From assembly GCA_964188305.1 (NCBI GenBank), contig OZ076885.1: a stretch of DNA of 64,000 bases; one strand, written 5' to 3'. A program made the position numbers and the translations under genes. Shown here in pieces: positions 12,939 through 25,907 of this stretch. Position 1 is the first letter of the stretch. Every line of letters begins with the position of its first letter. This DNA is from Podarcis bocagei (Eukaryota). The notes beneath the pieces were generated by a model. The model saw nothing but the letters and a program-made list of their open reading frames with translations, was not told the DNA's origin and ran no database searches.

Positions 12939-13987
12939 GTAAGTTGCACAGTGTTTCTTCATAATAAGTTGCTTGGTGTGAAGTGCTCCTAGGACTAATT
13001 TAAGATGTGGATTCTTATATTCTATTCTTGACACCGTAAAACAATGTGCTGGACGTCAGATATTGGGGACTGGAGCATCAGTTACTAACTATTCAAAGTA
13101 AAGCTTTATTAATATTAGGTATTTGTTAGACGCTTTAGTTCTGTTTATATTCTGCCACATTTATCAAATGGCACCAAAAATATCTACTTCACTTCCCAAA
13201 TTCCCTTCACTAGCTGAGAAGTAAAACCTTGACTACCTTTCAGTTGATGCTCTAAGCAGGGGTCTGAAATTTTTGGCCAGTTGTAATTGCCAGGATCCTT
13301 CCCCCTGCTGATTGGGTGGAGGCAAGCACCTGTGCTCAATAATAAAGAAGTTCCATCAACCTTTCTCTCCTACATCAACAAGAGGTAGGGAGAGCACATT
13401 TCAAAGAAGCACAGAGCCCCAAGGCTACAACATCAGCCAATTTTTCAGAAGGAAAAACATAGTTAAGTTTGGAGCAGCAAATTGCACTGAGACTTTGAAT
13501 AGCAGCATATCTCCAAATGCTTGTGTGAACAGGTGAGTGAGTACCTGGTGCCAGAAGCCCAATACTGTAGGGCCCATTCATGCCTCCAGGGGGAGAGAAC
13601 TTTTCAGTTGAGGAGCCACAACAGAGAGAATTCTATCCCATGTCAATGTACAACTGCCAACAATAACCAGCAAAAATAGTAAGAAGCATCTCTCCTGCTA
13701 ATCTAAGGATCTGGGATGGTTGGTAATTGTTGAAGGCTGACTAATTTTTATAGTTTAAGTTATAGTTTTGAGATGGTAGTTTAATAACGTTCAGTTAAAC
13801 AGCAAAATAAAATAACAGCTGAGAAGAGAGACCAAAACAGTGAACATGGAACAATTATAGAAAAATAATAGCAAAATATGAAACTGCATTCTCCAAACTC
13901 TGGTAAATTTGTTTAGATATTGTTTGAAGTATATTGCTTGATGGATTTGCAAAATGTAATAAATTGTGTGCATCTTCTCTGGTATAG

Positions 13988-14115
13988 AGAAGACCAGGTG
14001 AATTTTCGTGGATTCATGAGGACTTTGGCACACTTCCGACCCATTGAGGATAATGAAAAAAGCAAAGACCAGAATGGGCCAGAACCACTTAATAGTCGGA
14101 GCAACAAGTTGTACT
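13988..14115 (+). CDS. CHP1: CHP1 exon 4
   Basis: tatag|AGAAGAC...GTACT|gtaaga; 128 nt; EDQVNFRGFMRTLAHFRPIEDNEKSKDQNGPEPLNSRSNKLY. Confidence 0.97.
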
Positions 14116-15223
14116 GTAAGACATTTTTAATTGGACATCTATTCAGGCTAATTGTACTGCTTTGTATTCTTCTTTGTAATCCTGCAGCTTGGAATCTGTT
14201 CCTCTTCTTTTAAACTTAGTTTAAATCTGGATACAAATCTTATGGAAGCAAGAGTAGAAAGTTATTTAAGTGAAAGTGGATTTTTGTCACTTTTGCTGGC
14301 TGTGGCTGATGGGAGTTGTAGCTCAGCCATCCAATTGAATTTCCATTTTCTTTCCTCCTTCACACTCCCAAAATCTACTCTGGATTACCACCAGAGTCCC
14401 TCATTACCACCCCCAACTGTTTTTGAGGGTGCACAGGAACAGGAAATTCCATTGTGTGCCTGGAAGTCTGTTGTGTGAGTGGTGCTACAGTGTTGGGCAC
14501 AGCCAGTTATTTCTGTCCTAATGTAAAAAAGCCTATAACCAAGCTGAAGTACATGGTACTGAAATAATTGTATTTGTAAAACACTGTGCACATTGATGGT
14601 GCTACTTTAAATGAATCATCAGAATATTTTTATCTTCCATGACCCCATATTTTACTTTATAATATTCTTAGATTTACATAAGATACTCAACAAATCTTAA
14701 ATTATTGGTAAAACTGTAGAAGCAGGCTGACTTTCCGTGACTCCTGGTAAATATAGGACATTCTATATAAGCATTCTATAAATTACTGTGTGATAGGAAA
14801 AAGAAATCTGTTTAATGTGCTAGCATGTATCAGTAACTGGTCAAAGAAAAAGAAAGATCCCAGAATTTAAGCATAAATATTTTTAGTACAGGCACCTCCC
14901 CATTCGCACATGATCTGCATGCGTGCGACTGCTGAAACATGCCTTTTTTGGCGCCCAAAGGGGGTGGATAAGGCTGGAACATACTTGCTTGTGTCCCAGA
15001 GCAGAACCCCTGCGTAAGCAGGGATTCCTCTGTATATCATTTTTTCCCTTATCCAGAAATTCCCTACCAAAATGTGACAGTTTGTTTACTTTTTCTTTTC
15101 TTTTGTATTTTTACTCAGTATTCTGCCATTTATGGCAGTTCCTAAGTAACACTACTGATTCAACAGTCTGTGGCTTTTTAATGTGTTCATGGGAAGGGGT
15201 TATTGTTGTTCTTTGTTCTTCTT

Positions 15224-15357
15224 CATAGAATTGGAGAGTTGTAAGGTACTGCGAGGGTCATATAGTCCAATCCCCTGCAGTGCAGAAATCTTTTGCCCAG
15301 TGTGGGGCTCGAACCCATGACCCTGAGATGAAGGGTCTCATGCTGTATGGATTGAGC
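15224..15357 (-). mobile_element. tRNA-Lys-derived SINE with CR1-like tail (POM/Squam2-like)
   Basis: Minus strand has a tRNA-like head with GGTTCGAGCCC and ends ATTCTATG; similar to 21479-21619. Confidence 0.7.
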
Positions 15358-15457
15358 CATGTAGAAGAGGGTATTATGTTATGTGTTTTGATTTTGTAAA
15401 CTACCCTGTGAAGGGCAGTATAAAATAAATAACCTTGAATTTAATTATTTCCTTTAG

Positions 15458-15519
15458 TTGCTTTTCGGCTATATGATCTAGATAAAGATGACAAGATTTC
15501 TCGAGAGGAACTGCTTCAG
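15458..15519 (+). CDS. CHP1: CHP1 exon 5 (EF-hand 3)
   Basis: tttag|TTGCTTTT...TTCAG|gtaggt; 62 nt; (F)AFRLYDLDKDDKISREELLQ. Confidence 0.97.
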
Positions 15520-17028
15520 GTAGGTTTAGCTTTTGCAGCCCATAAATTAATGCATTTTTTTCCGGATGACTGTCTTATTTAGCCCTTAAGGTAAAGTCTG
15601 GTTGAATGATAATACTAAATTATTATAATATATAGGCATTATATAACAATATAACTATAGTAGCAGCAGAGGTAAGAAAAGACTTTGCCAATCTCTCCCC
15701 TCCATTTTAAATCCCCTCACTCACACAGATATTGCTCAATCTTAATCTCTCGTCTGCCTAGGCTGTGTGACCCTGTTCGATGCTAGGAACAGGATTGTGT
15801 AGCCAGTGCAGGATTAAACCCTGTTCAGTAGTGATGTCAGCTCATGGGCAAATGGGTGTGGTTTCGGAAAAACAGCTTGACGGCTCAAATTGGCACACAG
15901 GCCAAACATTCCTCACCCAATGTATGCCATGAGGTTAAACTCTCCTTGCCACCAGCTATAACAATAAAAAATATACTCTGGTTCAAAACCAGCAGCCGGC
16001 CCCAATCCTATAAAGCTGTGCTCTTGGTGGTGGGGAAAGGTATTCTGTGAACCCCAAACACTGCTACAAATGCTGAAGCCCAGAACAGCCCAGAAATAAC
16101 CTGTGAAGTATCTTGTAGCACTGGAAAAAGTACTTAAAGGTTTGCACACCATGGTATGCCATAGTTACAAACTATTAGGGCTTATCATGAAGCTCTTCTG
16201 GTTGTTCTAGAGAGAACTAGCCCACAAGTACTGGTTTTCACATAAAGCTAAGCTATTAGTGTGGTTTGTTTGACAAACTGAGGAGCAAGGTGGGCATGAT
16301 TTGAGCATTTCACACCAAAGTGCTGTTCATTCAAAGAATACCATACTTGGTTTGTGTAACAATGGCTTACTTTATTTTATACTTTCTGGATGTCCCATAA
16401 TCATATTATATAAATAGTTGTGTTCTGTGTTATAAATCAAGCATTGCTAGGGGTTGTTTCTTTTTGCTTTCCAATATCTTATCAATTCTTATCAATAAAA
16501 ATTTTGGTGTGGCATGAGCAAATTTTTACTCTAAAAGGGTGGCCCAGAGAAAAAAAGCGGAGAACTTTCTGATAATTGTTAACTTGCTGATCTGAGAATT
16601 CTTGAGATGAAAGTTCTATTTTTAAGTGGTGCACTAGATGTTATTCAATGAACCTGGACTGATCTCCTTATTTCTAGAAAGTTTCCCTAAACTGCCTCAA
16701 TGTACTTCATTTGAGGCAGTGCAGTAAATGGTGGTTTGTGCCACAAGTCAAGGTGTATAGTACCTAGCAGCCAAGGACAGCTAAGGTATTTTGGCACCTG
16801 AATCAGGAAATGTCCCAAGCACCTCTCCTTGGGAGCAATAATATAATAATTAAAAATTGCTGCTGTTTTGTGATATTTAAAACCAGCTGCCTGATTGGGC
16901 TGGTCCTGGAACTTTACTTGGTTGACTTAAAATAGTAGCTTTACTTGTTTGGTGCCTTCTTAGCACTTACAGCATATTCTTTGTTAAACACTAGCATTGC
17001 ATTCTTTTGGGGTTTCTGTATACTGCAG

Positions 17029-17151
17029 GTTTTGCGGATGATGGTTGGCGTAAACATCTCGGATGAACAGTTGGGCAGCATTGCTGACAGAACAATCCAG
17101 GAGGCTGATCAAGATGGTGACAGTGCAATCTCCTTTGCAGAGTTTGTTAAG
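17029..17151 (+). CDS. CHP1: CHP1 exon 6 (EF-hand 4)
   Basis: tgcag|GTTTTGCGG...TTAAG|gtcagg; 123 nt; [41 protein letters not shown]. Confidence 0.97.
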
Positions 17152-17750
17152 GTCAGGAAACAATGTTTAATATGGCAAACCTAATTAAGTGCTAGGATTG
17201 CCGAATCAGATGTGCAATCAAATGAATAGGAGGCTTAGGTGCATAATTTCTTCAGTTATTTTGCTATTTCCCATATCTGAACATAAATTGGCAGAGGTGT
17301 GCTCTTCAGCTTCATAACAATTGCAATTTATCTTATTTGCTTAAATGATTCTTGTTAGACACATTAGCTTTTCTAAATATTTTTAGCGTGTGACAACATT
17401 GCATGCTGTTCCAAGGCATGGTCTGTGGGTACATGATACAGGAGCCTTTCTTGAAATTAAGCTGATTTAGTTTGGTCAGTGCTTTGATTAGCCCAGGGAT
17501 AATCTTGAATTCCATAAATGCAATTAAATACACTCCAAATGCAAGTGTTGCTAAGTACAGCTTTCATTTTCCATAAAATATATTACTGATGACCTCTAGG
17601 TCAAGATCTACAAAAAATAGTTCTGTAGCACAAGAGGATATGCAGTAGGAAAGCTGACTAGAATGGCTTCCTAAGACAGGACTAAAGTCTAAATGTTGAG
17701 ATAGAATTCGATTCCTGTGACAAATGGTTAACAATTCTACTTTTTTGCAG

Positions 17751-17804
17751 GTTTTGGAGAAGGTGGATGTAGAGCAAAAAATGAGCATTCGATTTCTTCA
17801 CTGA
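17751..17804 (+). CDS. CHP1: CHP1 exon 7, coding part to the stop codon
   Basis: ttgcag|GTTTTGGAG; VLEKVDVEQKMSIRFLH followed by TGA. Confidence 0.97.
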   Translation, partial: VLEKVDVEQKMSIRFLH

Positions 17805-19368
17805 TGGATCAAGGCCCATTCCTTGTTGTCCTGATATTTAAGGAATATAGTTTGTTTTACCCTCTCCTGAGCATTCCTGCTGGTGCGTGTGAGGTACATC
17901 TCCAAACCCCCCTCAGTTTGTTCCATCGATGTGAACATTCCTTCTGCATCAGAACAAAGGAACGTGGCTGCAGTGCAGCTTGGAATGGAACCTTGAAATG
18001 GCCTTTTCCTCACACTTCTCTTTGCTTTGTTTTCTGGTTATAAATTATTTCTTCCCATGTTACTATAATCTTCTACTATTTTATGAACTATGACAACAAA
18101 AATCTGACTTGGTAGTATTTGTATTCTCTATTCGGTTTGTCTGGTTAACAAACTGTTTTCTTCTGTCCTTGGTTTTGTTTAAATATAGATGTTTGCCACT
18201 CTTAACTTCACAGAGTAATGCAAGGCCAATGGTTTTGTTTTCGGAATTAAGGCTTCGGAGCTTTGTCTTGCAAGTGTGTCAAATGTTACGAATTTGTCCA
18301 CAGATGTGGGATGTCTGCCAAGAGAGTAACTTGCAGTTCTGAAAACATAGTTTCATTCAAGTACCCAATTACTATTTCATAGCAAGCTGTTTCTTAACTG
18401 GAAAAAGTTGATTGCCTCTCTGCTGCCCACCCCCTGCCACCAGCTTTGTTTAGGTAGACTATTTTGATTTGCATTATACTTAAATTACTCAAATTTCTTA
18501 CTTGTGCTTTTATTGTTTTTCAGTGAATGTTTGCAATACATAATTTTTGTTGCACAGCTTATAGTGGAAGGCTTTTCATACCAATTATGCCAACTGGACC
18601 TTTCGTCTCCAACATGCATGTCAAAGTCCAGATTTGAGTAGTACTGTGTCCCTACAAATTATGTGGGAACACTAACAGTTTTAGGAAAATTCTTAGCACA
18701 TGTGTACCTTTATTACTTCAGATTATATTTTGAAAGTTTTATTTTAACCATACACAAGGATCAAGTAACATTGTGAATTTTGATGTAAGCAGCACAATAC
18801 AGAACTGAGGGCTCAAAAGCAATGAATATGATGATCTTTTCAGGCTGGATTGTCTTTGCTTGTTAGTAAACAATTCTGTTGCACTGATTATCAATGAACT
18901 TTGACAACCATTTTTAACTGTGCAGTGTTGGCTTCCAAGATGCAGAAAAATACTTTGGTAAAAATCAGTGTTCAAATGCTCCTGACCCCTGCTATATGTC
19001 AGCATTTCTATAAGTATTGAGTGCAAGTTAATCTAGTTTACTTAAATGCGACACAATTCAATGATCCTTAAGAATTGCACGCTATCTTACATTTAAAAAA
19101 AAACTGCAGAAGAAAATCTATTCCTTCTTCAGACAAATTATAAAGATGGGAACAACATTAAAGGGTGATTGCTTACAAACACTTTAGAATTTTTGATCAC
19201 AATGTAAACATAGGAATTTTATAAAGAGAATGAAAATGAAAGTAACACCAAGTTGTTAGATTTATTGTTTGAAATCTGCTTATTTGAAAATAAGCAATCT
19301 TCCTTTGGCTATAGTGGTAATCCACAGGTGTGCCTTGTCAGATCTATTATATTCATCAACTATCCATG

Positions 19369-19374
19369 AATAAA
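19369..19374 (+). terminator. CHP1: Candidate CHP1 poly(A) signal
   Basis: AATAAA followed by GT-rich sequence, ~1.57 kb after the stop; an alternative ATTAAA lies at 20301. Confidence 0.5.
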
Positions 19375-20536
19375 ATCCTTCAACATACTGTGTTCTGTGA
19401 ATGAATTGAGGTTTTAAATAACACAAGGTGCCTGTAGAATGCTACAGCTGAAAGACTTTATTTTCTCATATACTAATCTAGTTTTTAAGAGATTGGGTGA
19501 CATCCAGTGCTGTCAACCCACTTGCACAACAGGACTTGTCTTTTTCGTCCCTGCTCAAAAGAAAGGAAAAAGAAACAAAAAACCTGCTCTGCAGGCTCCT
19601 GCAAACTTCAAAAGATTTCGGAGAGCAAAGAGAAACCCAGCTGCATAAGCAGATGTTTGCTCATGCAACTTTGGATCTCACCTCGTGTTTTCATTACTCA
19701 GGTTTTAAATGGCTTTGAATTTTCAACCTGCAGGCATTTAGAATGTTTTACAAGCAATATATATCAACTGGAATTTCCTGCTTTCTCTTAGGCCAGGAGT
19801 GTGTGGTCCTATCTGTGGCTTAGCTATTTATCAGTTTAATGGTGGGAATAAATAGGAGTTTCCTGCCTTTTACTCAGAATATGTTAAGACAGAACAGATT
19901 TTAAAACTTCAGATAAAATTAGAAATAACGGGGAATGGAGATGAAATACATGCCAGGTAATGTGTATTCTTAACTCTTGTTGTTAGTCCAGCTGTGCATT
20001 TTAACTCATATAAACTTCTCAACTTGATGGGTTTTGCTTAGGTTTCAGTAGCTGTACAATTCACTGTAGAGTGTAGAAACCTGAAGACTCGTTTAATATG
20101 TTCCTAACTAAAGGGACTAAAGGTTGATTCTCATGTTACGGTGGATGCAAATTCCCATTTGTCTACAAAAAAGAATACATTAAAGCACTGTAAAAAGTCT
20201 AATATCAATATGGAGTTACTGCAACTATTCATTTCCTGGCATGTCTTGTCAGAAAAACAACACTCAAGCCATTGTTATATATGTTAGTATTAATCTATAT
20301 ATTAAAAGTACATAATTGTAAACGTGAAGCTTCCCTAATATTAATTTCAGTTTGCCTTGATCCCACCTAAAAGACAGAGTAAGTTAATTGAAATGATGGA
20401 TCCAACTCAAGATTATGATGAACGTTGGTTATCACCCACGCACAAAATATGAATGCATAACATGACATAACTTTTGGTGTGCTATGTTATCCAAACATAA
20501 TAAACCTACTAAATTAGTACTGACTCAGTTGGTAGA

Positions 20537-21478
20537 AATAAAAAAATTCCTTCCAGTAGCACCTTAAAGACCAACTAAGTTAGTTCTTGGTATGAGCTTT
20601 CGTGTGCATGCACACTTCTTCAGATACACTGAAACAGAAGTTGCCAGATCCTTCTATATAGTGAGAAGGTGGGGAGGGGTGTTACTCAGAAGGGTGGTGG
20701 GAATGGGAGATAGGCAGATAGCTGAGAGAGCCTCTTGACGACTCTTAACGACTGTAATAGGTCTTACAGGAAAAGGCAAGGGGTGGGAAGGTGAGAAATG
20801 GTTTAGTTATGTATAGTGAGATAAGAATCCAATGTCTTTGTTCAGTCCAGGTCTTTTCATGGTTTTAAGTTTGGTAATGAGTTGTAATTCAGCAGCTTCT
20901 CTTTCCAGTCTATTTCTGAAATTCCTTTGTAGTAAAACAGCTACTTTGAGATCTTGTATAGAATGTCCTGGGAGATTGAAGTGTTCTCCTACTGGTTTCT
21001 CTGTTCTGTGATTCTTGATGTCAGATTTATGTCCGTTTATTCTTTGGCGTAAGGTTTGGCCTGTTTGTCCAATATAGAGAGCTGAAGGACACTGTTGGCA
21101 TTTGATGGCATACACAATGTTAGACGATGAGCAATTAAATAGTCCCGAGATGGTATGTGTGATGTTGTTGGGGCCAGTAATGGTGTTGTCCGGGTGTATG
21201 TGGCAGCAAAGTTGGCATCTGGGTTTATTGCAGGCTCTGGTGCCAGTGTCTGTGTTAAGTCTGGTTGTAGTATTATTGTGGGTTAGGAGTTGTTTAAGAT
21301 TGGGTGGCTGTCTGTAGGAAATGAAAGGTCTTCCTCCCAGAGCTTGAGAAAGAGAACTGTCATTGTCCAGGAGAGGACAACGTCTCTACAACCTCTCCTG
21401 GACAATGACAGTTCTCTTTCTCAAGGAAGGAATTTTTTTATTTTGACTATGGCAGACCAACACGGCTACCTATCTACT
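20537..21478 (-). mobile_element. 5'-truncated Penelope-like retroelement with GIY-YIG endonuclease coding region
   Basis: Open frame 21376->20807 with a Cys/His-rich linker and VYAIKCQQCPSALYIGQTGQTLRQRINGH; 12-bp TSD TCAGTTGGTAGA at 20525-20536 and 21479-21490; 18-bp inverted repeats at 20537-20554 and 21425-21442. Confidence 0.92.
20590..20627 (-). ncRNA. Minimal type I hammerhead ribozyme motif in the Penelope pLTR
   Basis: Minus strand GUAU-CUGAAGA-AGUGUGCAUGCACAC-GAAA-GCUCA-UAC: catalytic core, stem II and a very short stem III. Confidence 0.75.
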
Positions 21479-21619
21479 TCAGTTGGTAGAGCATGAGACT
21501 CTTAATCTCAGGGTTGTGGGTTTGAGCCCCACATTGGGCAAAAATATTCCTGCATTGTAGGGCTCAGACTAGATGACCCTCGTGGTCCCTTCCAACTTGA
21601 CAGTTCTGTGATTCTGTGA
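21479..21619 (+). mobile_element. tRNA-Lys(CTT)-derived SINE with CR1-like tail, split by the Penelope insertion
   Basis: TCAGTTGGTAGAGCATGAGACTCTTAATCTCAGGG head and TTCTGTGATTCTGTGA tail; its first bases lie at ~20521-20536. Confidence 0.8.
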
Positions 21620-22599
21620 CTAGGAGACAACAGAAAATTGTCCCATATAGCAAACACCTCTTCTGTTATGGTGCAACAACCAGAACAACAATCTTAAAAC
21701 TTGTGCAGGTCTCTAGATAGCTTCCTACAGGATATTCCCCCTAAAGTATAGTCACAGTACCAACACCATTATGAAACTAAGCTTTCAGGGTGCTATCATG
21801 CAGCCCAAACATGGGACTTCAGAATTTTTATAGTGCCCCCCCCGAAAATTACTGTCAGATCATACCTGTACCCACTGATCACACCAGGAAAAAGGGAGAG
21901 CTAGCAATTCACAGCGCCACCTAGGAGCAAAAATGGAGAATCTGAGGTACAGATCCCATGTGAATATATATGATTCCTACACAAGTTATTGATGGTGGTG
22001 GGTGACAAATCCCTTCTGAAAACCCAGAGGGTTTATTTTTGAGATCTATTTTTGCAAAATGGTGGAACGAGGAAGTGCAAGATTCGGTCTGTGGAGACAA
22101 GTGTGATCTGAGTTTTGATGATGGTTTTGGTCTACATTTTCTGTGCAGTTGTTCCAACTGTGTTTCAAGAAAGCATTCCCAACCTGCCAGAGCAAAAAGC
22201 TAAGCAGTCTGATTTCTACTGAGGAAGCTCTTTCTTAAGTAGGGCTGGCGTGAATGTACCACCCTTTATATAATGCTTATTCTCCCCCGTGTAATTTGCA
22301 GGACACCCAGAACTAAAGCTGAAAGAACTGTTTAGGTTGTAAGTGGCAGGGCCAACCCAAGACATTTTGGCAAACCACAAAATGGCACCCTCCCTCCCTG
22401 CCAGTGAAGAAGGGGTGAGTGAAGATCTAGACCAGAAACGGGAGGAATCTGCCTGCCTGCCTCTATGCCTGAGGCGGTTGCAGCACCTTGCCTTGTGGGT
22501 GGGCCTGGTGTGTTTAGGATTGAAGCCCGGTTATAGTTCCCTATCGGCCCATCAAGTAAGATCGCAAAAGATCCCGCTCTACATTCCCCATTCAATTTG

Positions 22600-23900
22600 G
22601 ACGCGCTCACTTGAGCAAATTAGTGGCAGCGGGCACGAGCATCCTACTGAGCGAGGAGGAGGAGGAGGAGCAGCTGCGGGGGGAAATGTAACAGAATAAA
22701 CAAAAGTACAATTTCCAATTTGCGCATTCCCGCCACCGCGCACAACCCCTTCCTTCCTTTAGGAGGCGTCCTGAACGACTGAGTACACCGAACGCCTAAC
22801 ACCCGCCTCCCGGTCATCCCACTTCTTCAACGCGGCAATAGGACTCGCGCGGAGGAAGGCGTATACCACATCGCGGTTGGCCAATCGCCTCTCCGTGTCC
22901 AGCCGTTTAGGGGAAGCCTACCCAATGGCAACCCAAAGCGGAGAAGTGAGTGACAGGAGAGCGGCCCACTCGGTGGGACCCGCGTTCTGTAGAACGGCCG
23001 CTGCGTCGCCCTGCGCCGGCCTCCCATTGGGCGCTCGAAGTAAGGAGGGGAAGATGGCGGAGTGAGGGGGAAGGAAGGAGAGCGCCGTGGGCTGCGGCCC
23101 TGGGGCCTTAACTGAGGTAAGACAAGGCGGGCTCAGGGGCTTCGGTGGGGAAGGTCCGTGGGCACCAGGGCCCGCTGGACCGAAAAAACCAACCTGGAGC
23201 CTGGAGCTCACTTGGCGAAGCCCGTCCGTTGAGCCGGTCGGAACCTGCTCTCTCTTTACTTGCCTGTCCCGGTTATGTGTCGCTGGAGAGAGACAAGTTC
23301 TGGGGTCCGGAGCGTATTCTTATTACCTCAGTTCTGGCCTTTTACCTCATAAGGGGCCTCCTTCCTCCTCCTCGTCCGGGGTTTGTGAGGGTGGAAGCAG
23401 CTCGCTTTTCTCTGCCTCCAGAGCCGCAAACTTGTAAGCGGGCTACGCCTGGAACAAGGGGGTCGAGAATCGCTGCGTGGCCTCGGTGGCCAAGCCAGGG
23501 CCATCCCCTCCTTTCCCCTTCTCCTACCTCCCCAAAGCTGGCAGGGAGCGACGGCTTGCTGGTGAGGCCGTGCACGGGCGAGGTGCTCCAGGCACCCGAC
23601 GCTGTGCAGCGGCCAAGAAAGAGAGAGACAAGGCACACCGCCTCTCTAGTTCTCGAGCGGGTGGGGTTGGCGAGGCATTGCTGCGCGTACTTGGGCCTCA
23701 CTGGGCGTCCCAGTGGCGAAACCATCTCCTGCCTTCTTTCCAGTGTTGAGAAGTGGGTTGGGGGTCGGTGCGCATTTTCCAGGGGGGTCCTCTGTAGCTC
23801 CTGTGCTTTTCAAGGGGAGGCTGGAGTTCGTCGTGCCTGCAGCCGACTAGCCCGGCCTCTAGTCATCGTTACTGCGCAGGGCCGATTATGTGTCCCCTTT
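22600..23900 (+). promoter_or_regulatory. OIP5-AS1: CpG island promoter of OIP5-AS1/Cyrano
   Basis: High GC and CpG content; CCAAT boxes at 22881, 22922 and 23026 (reverse); YY1 motif AAGATGGCG at 23051; donor GAG|GTAAGA at 23116/23117. Confidence 0.85.
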
Positions 23901-23915
23901 TCTTTCTTGAGCTGA

Positions 23916-24095
23916 CAGGGGTGCCAACTTGAATAAAATATCGTGGGGACCAGGTAAGCCCCACCCCACATAATCAATCACATTACGCATTTCCCACACG
24001 CTATTTGAATGGCGATGCCCGTCAACTTTGTGGGGCCCTGGCCCCCTCAGATATTTTATTGTGGGGTCCGAAGCCCCCAGGAGTTGGCTTCTGTG
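23916..24095. mobile_element. Probable non-autonomous DNA transposon
   Basis: Begins CAGGGGTGCCAACT and ends with a degenerate complement, AGTTGGCTTCTGTG. Confidence 0.4.
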
Positions 24096-25907
24096 AGAGC
24101 TGTATCTCTTGTTGATTCAGCTCCCATTTTCCCTTGTCTTGCACTTCACAGCTTTCATGTGCCTGTGTGTATCAGAAATAGAACAAGCCATATGTTTTTG
24201 TGGGGATCAGGAAGGCTTTCGCTGTCCTGTTTCCATACTCGTATAAGTGGACATATTTCTTTCCATTATTCACTTTTTCTGTGAATTTTGCTTTTTTTAA
24301 AAGAAAAACAACCCCGGGTCTTATTTGCTTCTTACAATTCTGTGTTTAATAAGTAACACATACAAGCAAGAATGACAGATCAGTTGTTTTCTTAAAGAAG
24401 TCAAGAAATAGGAGCCCATCTGCAATGAAGAAATAAATTATGACTAGCTTTGGAAAAAAACATTGAAACATACACTATGAACAAGCTGGCGGATCTTACG
24501 TAGAATTGCTGGTGAGCTTCAGCAGATGGCTGGAGTGCATTTTGAATGCATTAATTTGTATGCACTGTATCAATTGCTATATAGACAAAGAGCAGCTGCA
24601 TCTTATTGAAGCAGATACTGCAGAAATATATATTTTTTAATTGCATACTTAGGAGATTCTATTTATACAGCTGCCAAAATGTCTTTGAATGGAAAAGAGA
24701 CAGATGTGAAGAAATGGAGGTCTAATTCAAACTGCCCCAAGTAAGGGTCTATCATTTTTGGCGAGCTTTACTGGCAGAGTCAAAAACTGTAGTTGCCAGC
24801 CCACTTCTCTATGAGCCAAGCCCCTTTCAAGCCTTTCCCAAGGGAAGAACTAGTGGAAAGAATGCCAGGTTGCTGTCACTGCTTGAAAATGTCCCAAACC
24901 TTCAAGCAACAAATCAAGCACCCTCCCAAGGGAAGGGCCTGAGGGTAATGTGGCCAAGGCATGCAAGCCTTTCACACAGTGGTGCACAACATACTCCACC
25001 TGCCTTTCCCAAGAGAAAGGTGGATGGGGAGAGTAGCCAGTTGGGTGCCACTGTTTGAATGTCCCCCAAGTGCCTTCAGGCCAGTGGCATAGCTAGCCAC
25101 TTGGGCACCGCGCATAGCGGGGCAGGGTGAGCAGGGCACAAAGCCAGAATCCCAGCGCCTGAGGTGTTACGTTCCGCTCAGGCGTCCTGCAGGCCCGCGT
25201 TGCTCTTTCAAGCAGCGCAGAGCCTGCAGGAAGTCTGCCCAATGCTTCCCCCTCAGCTGGAAGGTAGTTGAAAGGGAGGCAGTGGGCAGAGGCCAGTCCC
25301 ACAGTGCTTTTTGGGGCATCATGGTGTCTGCAGGCGCCCAAGACACCATGGCTCAGGTTCGCTGTGGGCCCAGCACCGCTCGTGGGGCCAGCTCGTGCCA
25401 GTTGCATCCTTCTCAGCTGCTCTCCGGCGGCTGTGGGGGATGCAGCAGCTTGGCACCCTGCAAGCACAGCCCTGGTCCGCACTGCGCTCTGGGGTGCCTG
25501 GATTTGGGTGTCACCTTGGGCTCCAGCACTCAACACAAATACACATCCCAGCTTCTGGCAAGGACACTGGGAAATACATGGAAAAGATGAAAGCACTAAA
25601 AACTGTTATTTTGGCAACCCCAAAACCTGGGTGTTAGTGATATAGACATTTCCCCTGGAAAAAATTAATTCCAGCTTTGAAACTGCCTTATTTGATAGAT
25701 AATTGCTAATTCATTTTATAAAGCAAAGCAATGCATTTTTATGGCCTTTCTGACACTAATGGGACTAAAATTCTAAAACTGCTGATCTCTTCCTAAGTCT
25801 ATCTCCATCTTCTTGTCATCTTTGCTGGCATGACACAGACACCATTTTGCAGAGCTGGTGGTTGCTGTGTTGAGATTGGGCCTTGATCCAAGGCAATTGG
25901 GATATTA

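Noticed and set aside
21479-21540. Apparent tRNA-Lys(CTT) gene
   Set aside because: The T-arm is mutated, the 5' end is interrupted and it runs into a CR1-like tail found in other copies, so it is a SINE head.
22827-23915. ORFs up to 256 aa in the Cyrano CpG island
   Set aside because: Open frames occur on both strands in GC-rich, stop-poor DNA; the longest lies in intron 1 and has no recognisable domain.
25093-25645. GC-rich ORF cluster in Cyrano intron 1
   Set aside because: No recognisable protein; probably an unclassified repeat, and I could not define its termini.
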